Assembly: GCA_012295275.1 (NCBI GenBank)
Contig: CM022677.1
Coordinates: forward strand, 2,666,001-2,730,000
From: Chrysomallon squamiferum
Taxonomy: Eukaryota; Animalia; Mollusca
Length of the DNA stretch: 64,000 bases
Direction: 5' to 3'
Shown here: positions 13,701 through 27,516 of the stretch, in pieces
Layout of the letters: every line of letters starts with the position of its first letter
How positions within the stretch are numbered: position 1 is the first letter of the stretch
Position numbers and translations under genes: made by a program
Notes under the pieces: model-generated
Told to the model about the DNA's origin: nothing
Seen by the model: only the letters and a program-made list of their open reading frames with translations
The model's database searches: none

Positions 13701-14945
13701 TCGACTAGATATATCTGAAATCTATCTTGAAAAAAGATCAAACCCAACGTTAGGCCTATAATTCCCACATTTATAACTACCGTCAGTGTTTTGCACGCAC
13801 ACGCACAGTCATATACAAATTCTATTTTAAGGAAGATTTATGTATGTATATATATATAGATAGATAGATAGATATAGAATGATCATAATATCTGTATGTC
13901 AAATCTTAATGTGAAAACGTAGTACAATAATTCTTCTTGTATAATTCTTCAAATAGTATATTATTTGATATAAAACTTTTTTAAAATTGAATACAGAAGC
14001 ATTCGGGATTGTACAGAAATAAACTTCTAGAACAATGCATTTGTAAATATTTCTTAAATATTTCAAAAACTGTTTACATAGTATCCTTTTTTTTTTTTTT
14101 TTTTTTATCTGTAAATAAAAGAATGATGTTGTATTGAATGTTCTGTTACAGTGTCCCCCTTTGCAAAAGTGCAATTTTATTATATATATATATATATATA
14201 TACTAGTGATAATATAGGCAATATAGATGAACATTATTAATTAGATAATGTATTTATTTATCGTTATTATTATTATTATTATTATTACTACTACTACGAC
14301 TACTATTATTATATTAATTATTAAAATAAATCATGTAGACTGTCTAAAACATTTTTATGAGGATGCTAATGATTTACTGTTTAATTTTTATTTTGTCTTG
14401 GAAGTGAACACCTTCCAATATTTCTTATATTTAATGTAATTTATTTTTAAAGCAGGAAAATTTGTAATTCACATGCTATAACATGAACAGAAGTTTAAAT
14501 GTTTAACAACAAATGTAAAGAACGCTAACAAAGAGTCTAGAAATAAAAAAATGATCAGTTAATTTTACTTGAATTCTTTCAGTGGCTGTTTTCATTTGTC
14601 ACCAGTAATCTATGTTTAATTACAACGGGAAGGTCTACGTTGTTCAAGGCCACCGAGAGACGTCCTGTCCGTCTCTTTACAATAATCTCTTACGTCTACA
14701 AATTGTATTGGGGATGCGTATTGAAATTACTTCTTAATTTTGTGATACTGTACAAATCGGCAAATGGATCATTGAAAAGAAGTTGAAAATAAAAAAGGTT
14801 GATATGACCCTGTCATAGTTTGTATTGAGTTAATAAAAAAATATCAGCCTAATCTCGCGCCCACTCAACATTTCATAGATTATAGAGAAGACCTGTATAC
14901 TGGGAAATATAGAGCGTACGTTCAGTTTATTTTAATTTTTTAAAG

Positions 14946-15002
<57 letters not shown>

Positions 15003-15984
15003 AACAAATAGAAGAAAACTCGAATAATATTCCATTATGTACATAAAGTTATCAAGTTTATTTTGTAAAACTATAAATCATAACATAAATCATAAACAAG
15101 TAAAAATAAGGTGATATTTTTAATTAAGGATACCGCTATTGAGTCTAAATAATGTTTGTGAAAGAAATATATATCTAATAAAAATAGTTTAATAAACTTC
15201 AAAATGTTGATGAATCAAATTATTTCTCGTAATAAAATAAAAGGTCAATTTAAATTTGATAATAATAAATTTTATTAAGCAAATTTGACAAATTTGAACT
15301 GAACTTAATTTTTTAATTATATTCATTAAAAGGTGTACATCAGCGCAAGTTGTATAGTGTAATATACTTTACATTTCTTATTATACCTGAAGTTCTCTTA
15401 TTACGTTAGATATTAATATAACAGCTCCACTAGTAATAATCTATATAACAATGAAGCAGACACCGTAGTTGTCAAAATCCTCTCTTTGTCAACAGCTAAA
15501 TAACAACAATAACACCTTAATATTTTTATTTTTTATTTTGTTTTCATTTTTCTGTAAAAACGGAAGCTTCCTATATATGTTTGACGCTATTCTCTTAGTT
15601 TCATTAGAACTGTTCTGAGTGCGGATATAAAAATTACTTCGAATTTTTTTATTAGGCCACGTGGAGTTATCAGATAAATCAGATTTATTCTTAGTGTATT
15701 GTTTCTGTCGAGATAAAAACTAAATACTTCTTTTTAAAAAAGTATATAATAATGATAATAATGATTTATTTATAATGTAATTACATGAGAAATCGTGAAC
15801 TTTTATCACAGTTAACTAAAGAATATCGCTATTTGCACTGATAATGTTACCCAAAATTAAGACCCTTGTTTGATCATGTCTGTATTATTTATATGGCATT
15901 TTAACATTATATTAATTAGAGATTATAGGTTATATTATTGAATAAATATGGAATCTCATTCTTGATTATTAACTTACTTTTAGA

Positions 15985-17070
15985 TGTGTTTAAGAAAAAT
16001 TAATGATATATTCTTAATTACATAATTTGATAAATACTAGCTGAATTTTAGATTAATTATGTAATTTCATCTAGAGAGAGAGATGTAAATTGTGTCGCAG
16101 AATATCATGTTACAGCGATCATAAAACACAATATCACATAGGAGGAAAATGTCCCAGAATAAATAGTTGGGTATTTTAAAGAAGTTATTTGATTCAGATG
16201 GACATTTTTATATTTAATCATATCAAAATTATTTAAACATATTAAAATATATTTAATCATATCAACATATATTTAATCATATCAACATTATTTAAACATA
16301 TTAAAATATATTTAATCATATCAACATATATTTAATCATATACAAATACACTTAATCATATCAAAATATACTTAATTGTTTCAAAATATATTTAATTATA
16401 TCTGAATATATTTATCTTAAAGGTTTTATTTGCTGCTATGTAGCCACGTACTTACCTTCTAATTAACGGTTCTATTTTGTAAACTCTTCAGAACATGAAA
16501 TATGTTTCATTATTTTCTGCAAGAGATTATGTGCGTGTGTGCCTGTGTCTGTGTGTCCATATCTATCTGTCTGTATAAAAATGTAAACGTATCTTATTTA
16601 AATTTATTTTGTGAATACGAATGTGTACGTAAAGTACCTTTTGAAAACTGCGAATGTGAAAAAGGACTCAATATTTGTATTGAAATGTACGGACTGATTT
16701 TCTGAGACTACTGGGTTCAAGATAAATAAACTGTAATGAAAATTACAAACAACTTTTCTTGCGTTCAAATCCTATACTAAAATGTATTATTACTATTTCT
16801 ATTAATATCACCATAGTTGCTGTCCTTGGTCCTAGCTTTGTTGCTGTAATTCTCATTATTGTTTAGCGCTTTTTATTAGTCATTATTCATTTTTTCTGAG
16901 TATTAAATTGTATTATTGTAATTTCTATTAATGTCGCCGTCGTTGCCGTCGTACCGGCATAGTTCCTAACGTAGTTATTAGAGTGCTTCTCATTGTTCTT
17001 CTTTGTTTTTTATCACCTATTATTCTTATTTCTTATTTTTGCGCATCCTGTATTAAAATATATTATTAAT
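15985..17070. repeat. Dispersed duplicated block: ~16008-16138 matches ~38660-38788; 16900-17070 is related to 33200-33515 and 39300-39550
   Basis: Shared atattcttaattacataatttg...gtaatttcat.tagagagaga..tgtaaattgtgtcgc and attaatg..gccgtc.ttgccgtcgt motifs. Confidence 0.8.
16208..16412. repeat. ~20-bp AT-rich tandem repeat (ATATATTTAATCATATCAAC)
   Basis: About 10 degenerate copies. Confidence 0.85.
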
Positions 17071-17214
17071 ATATCTTTATTATTAGTGTTAACGTTGGAG
17101 ACGCTGCTGTCATACCTGTGTTGTCCTTCAAGGCTTGGTGTTTATTATTCTTTTTCCCATTTTACGATTCTTACTTTCCTACAGTGCGTATCCAGTATTG
17201 AAATTACTGTTATT

Positions 17215-18175
17215 ATTACTGATATTACCACTAATTTACTGCTATTTCTACTAATCAGCCGCCGTCTCTTTATCGATACTATCGCCATTACTACTAATCT
17301 CTCACTGTTACTTCAGCAATACTACTTCTATTACTACTAATCTGTCACTGTTACTTCAGCAATACTACTTCTATTACTATTAATCTGTCAGTTACTTCAT
17401 CGATACTTCTGATATTACTACTAATCTGTCACTGTTACTGCGTGAATACTATTGTTATTACTACTAATCTGCCTGTATTACATCAGTGATACTACTGATA
17501 TTACTACTAATCTACAAGTGTTACTTCAGCGATACTACTGTTATCACTACTAATCTACCACTTACTTTAGTGATACTACTGATATGTCACTGTTACTTCA
17601 GTGATACTATCGATATTACTGCTCATCTGCCACTGTTACTTCAGCAATATTACTGATATTACTACTAATCTATCACTGTTACTTCAGCAATATTACTGAT
17701 ATTACTACTAATCTATCACTGTTACTTCAGCGATACTACTGTATTACTAGTAATCTATCACTGTTACTTCAGCGATACTACTGCTATTGTTACTAATCTA
17801 CCATTGTTATTCAGCGATACTACTGATATTACTACTAATCACTTTTACTTCAGCAATACCACTGCTATTATTACTAATCTATCAGTTACTTCAGCAATAC
17901 TACGCTTTTATTACTAATCTGTCACTGTTACATCAGCCATACTACTAATATTACCACTAATCTGTGACTGCTACTTCAGAGATATTACTGATATTACTAC
18001 TAATCTGCCACTGTTATTTCAGCCATACTACTGCTATTACTACTAATCTGTCACTGTTATTTCAACCATACTACTGCTACTACTACTAATCTTTCATTAA
18101 TATTACTAATATTTCAGCCATACTACTGATATTACTACTAATCTGTCACTGTTATTTCAACCATACTACTGATAT
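17215..18175. repeat. 43-bp minisatellite (TTACTACTAATCTGTCACTGTTACTTCAGCAATACTACTGATA)
   Basis: Unit starts at 17288, 17331, 17374 and onward; about 22 copies. Confidence 0.95.
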
Positions 18176-18698
18176 ATAAATGGAATATAAAACATGCATT
18201 ATAACTTTAGAAATGTGCTGTTTAATGCTTTATTGTTGTGGTTATCAATATACCTAATGTAATTCATTAGCCATAACGTTCCACTAAATCGTTAACAACT
18301 GAATGTTTTTTTTTTTTGTGGGTTTTGGTTTTTTTTTAAGAGAAATCCTTAATATTATTTGAGTCATTTGTCACTTTTGTAGGCAGAGAAGTATAATTAT
18401 TGCTTGTTACCTGGACATAAGACATTTGTTTCACATGCTTCTTGAAGATTCCTCTTCGTACTTGTGCATGTTCATATCTCAAATCTTATTCTAGTGCCTC
18501 TACCACATGTTTCACTACAACTACCCAGTCTCTGAAGTGTCTCTATAAGCGTGTAATTAAAGAATAAATAAATTAATATAAAAATAAATATATGAAAAAT
18601 GAATTAAATATTCTTTAATTGCGCTTGAATATTAAATATTCTTAAATATCTTTAAGACAGGTTATTGATCAGATATGCAAAATTATCTATGAATTAAT

Positions 18699-19620
18699 GC
18701 GTGGTTCTCAATCATTTTTTGCCAACGGCACACCTGGCTAAATATATATGAAAAAATATTTGAATTTTGCAAAATAAAAACATGGCAAGTCATAGACGGC
18801 ATACAACCGTACACACAGACTAGTCATAGACACATAGAATAACTCAAGCTAAATAAAGAAAAACACAGCTATACTTTATTGCAGTGTTTCGAATGTTATC
18901 AGTCAAATAGCTGGCTTTTTTAGTGAGAAATTTGTGCCTGTTTTTTTTTCATAATTTCCTCAGTGTTTGGTCATTGTATGTAATATCTCGTGCTTCATGT
19001 TTTTGATGTTGCCTAATTCACATATATAAGGTTGAAAATTGTAATAAAATTGCTAAAACTCTTTTACATAATATAGGATACACCTCTTGTATTGAAATCC
19101 AAAATGAATAAATGGGCAGAGTCGAATGTTTTAATTTTAAGGTGATTAGAAAGTGCGGCCAATTCTTCTTCTTCCTGTAACTCAAGTTCAATGTTGGAAG
19201 AATGATTTATGAAAGGATCTCTAATCCAATCATACTTTTCTGTCTTTAATGACGGAAATTTATTGTTGATGCTTTCGTCCAGAGCTGTCAGATGAGTAAA
19301 CACAATAGGGATCACTTCTCTAATGCAGGTAGAACGCAATAAAGGGAAAATATAAAAGTTGACAGTGATTGCTCTCTTTTTTCACAAATCACTATTTTCT
19401 TTTTGAGGGCAACTAACTTGTCTGTTGAAGTGAGAATATTTTCGTTTTTACCTTGCATTCTACTGTTTGTTTTATTTTGGGATCACGTGGTTTTTCGCAT
19501 TTTCTTAGTGTGCCGTTCAAAATTTTGTTTGTTGTGTATGTAATTATTTAAAATCATATTACAAAAATCATTTTTAAAATCTCTAATAATGCTTGCAGGA
19601 GGCACTGGATTGGAAAATGG
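18699..19620 (-). mobile_element. hAT (Buster/Charlie, ZBED5/FAM200-like) transposon remnant
   Basis: Minus-strand NSRMQGKNENILTSTDKLVALKRK, HLTALDESINNKFPSL...DWIRDPF...EEEELAAL and FWISIQEVYP...ILLQFSTLYICELG. TIR-like GTGGTTCTCAA at ~18701. Right boundary uncertain. Confidence 0.85.
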
Positions 19621-19909
19621 ATGAAAAACAAATAAAAAATAAATAAAGAAATGGATAGCTTAATTTATGTGTTTGTTGTGTACGTGTGTTTTTTGTATGC
19701 AAATGTGTGCACCAACACACACCAATGTAAACACACATGGATTCATATATATTTTATTTATACTCGTCAATATTCAGTCGATTTTCAAATAGGATAAAAA
19801 CGGGTGAGCTTAGGGTCCCGGACAGAAAAGGTGAGTTGAACACAAGCCCTCCCGCCCTACCCCGACATTTTTCGAGATTCCATTTATCACATATGGATAA
19901 TTAGCGTAC

Positions 19910-20245
19910 GTAAGCTTAGTGAGTACATCTCACGTAAGGCTAAAGTTGCGAGCACATATCACTAAAGAGAGATAACTCTAATCGATATAATTTTTACTTT
20001 ATTTAGTGAGTACATGTCACGTAAGGGAGATAACTGTAATCGATACCATTTTCACTTTGCTTAGTGAGTACATCTCACATAAGGGACATAACTCTAATCT
20101 ATGTTTGTGAACACATATCACTAAAGGGAGATAAGTCTAATCGATATAATTTTTAATTTGTTTACTGAGTACATCTCATGTAAGGAACCTAACTCTAATC
20201 CAGGTTTGTGAGCACATATCACTCAACTGTAATCAATATAGCCTT
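19910..20245. repeat. Irregular tandem repeats built on TAGTGAGTACATCTCACGTAAGGGAGATAACTCTAATC
   Basis: Four TGAGTACAT copies plus several AAGGGAGATAACTC-like motifs. Confidence 0.8.
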
Positions 20246-20310
20246 TACTTCGCCGAGCAAACTCCTCCCACCTCTGGTGACACATCATGGGGTATGACCC
20301 ATGTTATATA

Positions 20311-20547
20311 CAGGGTGGCCCAGATGTAACCGAACCTGAATTGTTATGAAAAGTTACAGTTAAATGAAACAAATTTGATTTCATATAGTTACAGCAAATG
20401 TTCAAAATGCAAACCATTATTTGTAATACAGTGATGACATCGTTCAATGGTTGATTCCGTTACTTTTTTGCACATTTTCGCGAAGCAGACTTGAAATCAG
20501 TGATCATCGATTGAGCTTTCGGGTTCGGTTACATCTGGGCCACCCTG
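20311..20547 (-). mobile_element. 237-bp non-autonomous Tc1/mariner-superfamily element (MITE-like deletion derivative)
   Basis: Perfect 26-bp TIRs CAGGGTGGCCCAGATGTAACCGAACC (20311-20336 / 20522-20547) with TA on both sides. Internal minus-strand MCKKVTESTIERCHHCITNNGLHFEHLL* resembles a transposase C-terminus. Confidence 0.92.
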
Positions 20548-20782
20548 TATAAAGAAAGTGATGTTTCCACAGTATTTCGTAGATGAATCTGGAATCGGAA
20601 AGTACTGCTGATGTCTCCAAAAACGCTGAGATTCAATCCCACGATCTCACGTTCTGTACCTTCACAAGCTGTGTGAGGGTGGGGTACTAGGGCAGGGGGG
20701 GCAGGGGCCATGCGTTTTTATTTCTTAAACTTTTTTTTTTTATTGTTCTGCTGTTACAATCTTCTATATTGAATAAAAAATG

Positions 20783-22735
20783 TCTTAATAATAGTTACCA
20801 GCGAATATATTCACAAATAGAGTTATTTCCCTTTAATATGAAAACGAATACTTTCTTGGATGACGTTATCTCCCCTTTCTTATATTATAAAAGGGTTTAT
20901 CAGATAACTCTATATAGGAATCTGTTCGTTTTAATAATCAAGAGAAAAATGTAACAAAGGGGAGATAAATCTATATAGGAATATGTTCGTTTTAACCTGA
21001 ATAATCAAGGAGAAAAATATACCAAAGGGGGACATAACTCTATCCGAGAGGATATTCGTTTTCATCTTAAAGGGAGATAACTCTATATAGGAATATGTTC
21101 GTTTTAACCTGAATAATCAAGGAAAAATGTAGCAAAGGGGAATATATTCGAATATATTTTTAACCTGAATAATCAAGGAGAAAAATAATCAAAGGGGACA
21201 TAACTCTAAGAGGATATTCGTATCATCTTAAAGGGAGATAAATCTATATAGGAATATCTCGTTTTAACCTGAATAATCAAGGAGGAGGGGATAACTCTAT
21301 ATAGGAATATGTTCGTTTTAACCTGAATAATCAAGGAGAAAAATGTACCAAAGGGGAAATAACTCTATCCGAGAGGTTATTCGTTTTCATGTTAAAGGGA
21401 GATAAATCTATATAGGAATATGTTCGTTTTAACCTGAATAATCAAGGAGGAAAATGTAACAAAGGGGACATAACTCTATATAGGAATATGTTCGTTTAAA
21501 TCTATACAGGAATATGTTTTAACCTGAATAATCAAGGAGAAAAATATAACAAAGGGGACATAACTCTATATAGGAATATGTTCGTTTTAACCTGAATAAT
21601 CAAGAGAAAAATGTAACAAAGGGGAGATCTCTATACATGAATATGTTCGTTTTCATGTTAAAGGGAGATAACTCTATATAGGAATATGTTCGTTTTAACC
21701 TGAATAATCAAGGAGAAAAATGTAACAAAGGGGACATAACTCTATATAGGAATATGTTCGTTTTAACCTGAATAATCAAGGAGGAAAATCTAGCAAAGGG
21801 GACATAACTCTATATAGGAATATGTTCGTTTTAACCTGAATAATCAAGAGAAAAATGTAACAAAGGGGAGATAACTCTATACATGAATATGTTCGTTTTA
21901 ACCTTAATAATCAAGAGAAAAATGTAACAAAGGGGAGGTAACTCTATACATGAATATGTTCGTTTTAACCTGAATAATCAAGGAGAAAAATGTAACAAAG
22001 GGGAGATACCTCCATCCGAGAGGTTATTCGTTTTCATGTTAAAGGGAGATAAATCTATATAGGAATATGTTCGTTTTAACCTGAATAATCAAGGAGAAAA
22101 ATGTAACAACGAGGACATAACTCTATCCGAGAGGTTATTCTTTTTCATGTTAAAGGGAGAGAATATCAATATATTCGCTTGTGATTAATGTTCAGGTATA
22201 TTTTCAACCAATGGAATCCAATAATTTAATTGAATTTAATTAGTGGACACTGCTTAATCATTTGATAAGCATTTTAAATAATGAATGCTTTTTACATTAA
22301 AATTATAGATCAGATGGAAATATTTATAGGATATTCTTTTTTTGTTATATTAATATATCAATATCTAAAAGGTAAATAACATCTGTTTTGTATTAATAAT
22401 AATAATTCAATGTTGAAAATATCTAATTTGTTGAAATCTAAAATTTACCAAAAGAAAATGTATATTTTGATATAACTCTGAACTTGAAATATGATAAAGA
22501 TAGTGAGAACTTAAAAATACAAGAATTGTTTTCTACATTATGCTTTTGTCAGATGGTAAAAGGAGAAACAAATGAATATTTGTTATATTAAATATAATAA
22601 ACAATAAAATATTTCTTAATAATAGTTACCAGCGAATATATTCACAAATAGAGTTATTTTCCTTTAATATGAAAACGAATACTTTCTCGGATGGAGTTAT
22701 CTCCCCTTTCTTACATTTAAAAAAGGGTTTATCAG
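20783..22735. repeat. ~68-bp satellite array (20900-22160) with a ~45-bp variant unit, bracketed by ~120-bp direct repeats (20783-20905, 22614-22735) that are inverted relative to the array
   Basis: Unit AAAGGGGACATAACTCTATATAGGAATATGTTCGTTTTAACCTGAATAATCAAGGAGAAAAATGTAAC (starts 21727, 21795). Flanks contain GAGTTATTTCCCTTTAATATGAAAACGAATA, the reverse complement of the variant unit. Confidence 0.92.
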
Positions 22736-23756
22736 AATTACTTGATATTAAATCAGTTTGTGGAAATATGTGAATAGAAGATTCATCAAAGTTTGTGAAA
22801 ATATTTAATGTAATAAAAATTTATTATTGATTCATTATGCCACTATTTGTTATTTTTCGTTTAAAATTATTATCAAAATTATCAAACAATTATTAATTTA
22901 ATATATATTCTTAAAATTTAATTTCATATCATTTCTTTAGCACTTAACTAAATGAATTAAATGAAACAGAAATCTAAATTACAAAATACATCATTTTTTT
23001 TTATTTCATTTTTCAAAATTTGTTTTGTTGTTGTTAATCTTGTTAACCATTATCATCGTTATATTCATTCCTATTAATGGACAACAGAGTTATTTCCCTT
23101 AGACTACTTTGTCTATGAAATTGAAATTGACTATTATTATTAGTAGTAGTAGTAGTAGTAGTAGTATCTCTGTTTGTGCATTCTTAGTTTATTTCATATA
23201 TTTAAAATGTTTCTTTACTAAAAACTTAATATTTATTCATTCATACTATTCAGAATAAAAATAAGAATTTAAATTTATTACAACATTCCGTTTTGATACG
23301 TGAAAAATTGTATATATTATTTATTATAATTAGAGAAAGAGAGATTTGGGTTTCACTACGACTAAGATTGTACGTTTTCATGAAAATTTCATTTCACTGT
23401 AAAAATGTAGCAATAAAATGTTCAATTACATATAAATACTGTTTTTCTGGCATTTCATACTGACACATTTAAATTTCACAGATATAATGATTTCTAGAGC
23501 GCGGAATGTAACATCAATTCAGGTGTTTAAAAGTGTAATTAAGTGTGTTTGTGTGTGTGTGTGTGTGTCATCTTTCTTTCATTTTTGTTTGTTTTTATTT
23601 TTGTTGTTGATATTATTGCTAACACTGTTATTTATTTTACTGTGGTACATAATTATTACTATTTTTATTATTGTTATTATTGCTAATATTGGTGTTATAG
23701 CTATTGCTTTTGCTGTTGGTTAATTTTGCTTTAGGCAGAATTGATAAGTTTGTGTG

Positions 23757-24192
23757 GAGAGAAGAAAGCGAGTTACAGAGAGAGTTAGAGAGAAAAAGAC
23801 AGAGACAGAGAAAAACACATGGAGAGAGATACAGAGACAGACAGACAGAGAGAGACAGAGACACAGATAGTGTCAGAAAGACAGAGAGAAAAAGTGAGTC
23901 AGAGACACATAGACAGTCAGAGACAAAGAGGGAAAGACAGTGAGAGAGACAGTGAGATAAAGAGAGACAGAGGGAGAAAGAGACAGAGAGAAAAAGAGAC
24001 AGGGACATAGGGAGATAGAGAGAGATGGAGAGATAAAGAGATATAGCAGAGAGAAAAAGAGAGATTCAGAACAGATAGAGACAGAGAGATTCTGAGAGAG
24101 TCAGAGGGAGAAAGAGAGATTCAGAGAGAGACAGAGATATAGAGAGAGACCGAGAAAGAAAGACTGAGAGAGACAGATTCAGAGAGTGGAAG

Positions 24193-24223
<31 letters not shown>

Positions 24224-24470
24224 GAAAAGAGAGAGACAGTGATAGAGGGAAAGAGAGACAGAGAGAGCAAGTCAGACAGAGAGAGATAGACACAGAGACC
24301 GAGAGAGTCACACAGAGAGACAGAGATAGACAGAGAGAGAAAGAGAGATAAGAGAAAGAGATAGAGAGTGAGAGAAGGCGAGAGACAGAGAGAAAGATAC
24401 TAACCATTAAGAAAATACTAATCATTAACCAAATACTAACCTTTAACCAAATACTAACCATTACTAGCAT
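23757..24470. repeat. Compound (GA/GACA)n purine tract followed by 3-4 copies of a 21-bp ATACTAACCATTAA unit
   Basis: Seen directly. Confidence 0.9.
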
Positions 24471-24559
24471 CCCCTACGTGTACTAAACCACACCGTGGTG
24501 TATATGTGGCAACATTTCCAAAGGGAATGGCTAATTAGTACATTAATATAACATCATTA

Positions 24560-25275
24560 TTTTGGTTAGATAGATTATGATAGATAAATAGAAACACCTA
24601 CATACAGATATAGTTACTGAAGATAGATGAACAAATGGATACATAGGGTATTGCTACTTTTTCTAATTTTGAATACAGTGTCATTACTTTGAAAGCTCTT
24701 TCTATATACAGATAGACAGGTCAACAGAGCATAGACAGAAGTGTATGTACTTAAGAATAAGTTATGACATATAAATATCTCCCTCTGGCTTTCACTGTCC
24801 AAATTACTCATCCTTACTTATCTGCATGTTTCTATCTATCTATCTGTCTATCTATATATTTGTTTTATTTCATCATCAATTTCTCTGGCTATTTTTCTAT
24901 CTATGTATCTGTCTGTTTGTTGATCAACCTGTGGTATAGCTTAATCTTATTACCTGTCTAGCTAACCATTCATTCATCACTATATCCATTTACCTATATA
25001 TATATATATATAGATATGGAAAAATAATTATTATTTCTATTACATTTTATTATTGTATCTACAGGAAAGACAAGATTCTGGAATCAGCTTCAGTTACAAG
25101 AATAGGGAGAAAAATTTAAGCAGATGAGGTGTCTACTGATATGGAACAATTATTATTCACAAAAGATGGATTTTTCTTTCAAAAGCAGTTTCCTAACCTA
25201 TCAATCTATTTTTCAAGCAATCAATACGTCTAACTATCTCTACATGAATCTATCTTACCCTCTCGGTTACATTTT

Positions 25276-25345
<70 letters not shown>

Positions 25346-25561
25346 ACATTTACATATACACTCTCTCTCTTTATATCATATTTAATTATTTAAATACATT
25401 CTTTTTATCTATTTATCTATCTATAAATATATTTATTTATCTATTTATCCCATGTACATAAGCAACAGACTCGGTCTTTCTTACAGGATGCAGTATATAC
25501 TCATGCCTCCTTGCATCTATCTAGCTTTCTTCTGTCTATCAATTTACCTCTCTATCCACCC

Positions 25562-25612
<51 letters not shown>

Positions 25613-26598
25613 CTAATCATCTTTAAACACACAAATAAATTATCATTACTATAGACGTTATGTATGTGTGTATACATCTATATATATATACACACACATA
25701 CCCATTTCTTAACACACGTCTATCTATATGTCTGTCAGTCTGTCTACAAATCGATCTATCAAACTAGTAACATACCTACATATCAGTTTATCTCTCTAGC
25801 TTATACGTCCATTTTTCAATAACCATCTATCAATAATATGTCCAGTTCCCTGAATATCTAACTATATACTACTTCAAACCTCGCTATCTTGCTGAATGTC
25901 TATGTAATCTATCTGTATTTATTTCTGTGTGTGTATTTATATCTTTTATCTACATAATCTATTTAATCTATATCTATATCAATTATCTATATAATCTATC
26001 TGTATTTATCTCTGTATATCTATCTGTATAATCTATCTGTATTTATCTCTGTGTGTGTATTTATATATATATAGACAGAGATAAATAGTTACATCTTTCT
26101 GTATTTATCTCTTTTTATCTATCTATATAATCTTTCTGTATTTATTTTTATCTATCTATATAATCTATCTGTATTTATTTCTATATATGTATATATATAT
26201 ATATATATATATAAAATCTATTTGTATTTATTTCTATATATCTATATATAATCTGTCTGTATTTAACTCTGGATATCTGACTCGATCTAAACACAGATCC
26301 AATCCTCTCTGTCTTCTGTCTGTCTCTGTGTGTGTTTATCTATGTACATATACACGATCATATCCTCTTTACCATCATATATGCTTACACCTATCTATTT
26401 ATCCATCCATCGAACTCTAAGGAAATGCCTCCCTATACATATTTCTCTATCCATCAATAACAATCCCTTGAATCAGCTATTCATCTTCCTGCCTATCTCC
26501 CTAAATTGTTATAACTACGTTTTATATCTATCTTCCTGTGTTACTGTCCATTTATAACTCTCATTCACAATTCCCTTATTTAGCTATCCTTATCAATC

Positions 26599-26651
<53 letters not shown>

Positions 26652-26915
26652 TCTGTGTCCACCTATCTATATGTTTCTCTATATGTATATCTATGTACAC
26701 AATTTCTCATTCTATCTACATAATCAACCTACCTAACAGTTTATATATCAATAACATCTATCAGTCATTTAAACATCTTCTTGTCTACATACCTTCAAAC
26801 CTCCCTATAGTTCTGTATGTTTGCACACATATTTATTCAATATATTCACTCTTCAAAAAAGACAAACGACTTTTCCTTCTATATACTATTCCCTGCTCCA
26901 GCTTACATACCTACA

Positions 26916-26955
<40 letters not shown>

Positions 26956-27390
26956 TCCACATTACCATCATATCTGCCTACACCTATCTGTCTGTCTGCT
27001 ACATAACTATCTACATATATCTACATATTAACCTACTGAACTACTGACCTACCTACCTATCTGTTTATTATCCACATTACAACAGATCAATAACCATCCA
27101 TCAATCATATATCTAATTCCCTGTCAAACTACCTACATACATAACTAACTATGTCTAGATAGCTACATTACAACCTATGTATTTTACTGTATGTCTACAC
27201 TCTCAGCCTGGTATACAAACACACATGACAGAAAGAAGAGAACACAGAATAGATAGATAGACACTGACATGTTTAACTATCTGCCTAAATTCATCTACAT
27301 CTATCAATTTACTTGTTAACTTCTACTGATCTAACTGTCTATCAGTCTATCAATAATATCTCCCTCTTTTCTTTCTATGTATCTCTTTAC
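24560..27390. repeat. Degenerate (TCTA)n/(CA)n/(TA)n low-complexity region with internal duplications
   Basis: accatcatat.tgc.tacacctatct at ~26371 and ~26964; aataaccatc.atcaat.atat at ~25818 and ~27089. Confidence 0.75.
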
Positions 27391-27516
27391 CAGTTATCAG
27401 TAGATACCTCATCTGTTTAAAATCTTCTCCCTATTCTTGTAACTGAAGCTGATTCCAGAATCTTGTCTTTCCTGTATATACAATAATAAAATTTAATAGA
27501 ATAATAAGTATTTTTC
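25019..27516. repeat. ~120-bp inverted repeat pair (25019-25141 / 27395-27516)
   Basis: 52-bp perfect core TACAGGAAAGACAAGATTCTGGAATCAGCTTCAGTTACAAGAATAGGGAGAA at 25060-25111, with its reverse complement at ~27425-27476. Confidence 0.95.

Noticed and set aside
23637-24470. SL/ER-rich ORFs, and poly-L/Y/I/N ORFs throughout the window
   Set aside because: Translations of microsatellites, with no splice or domain support.
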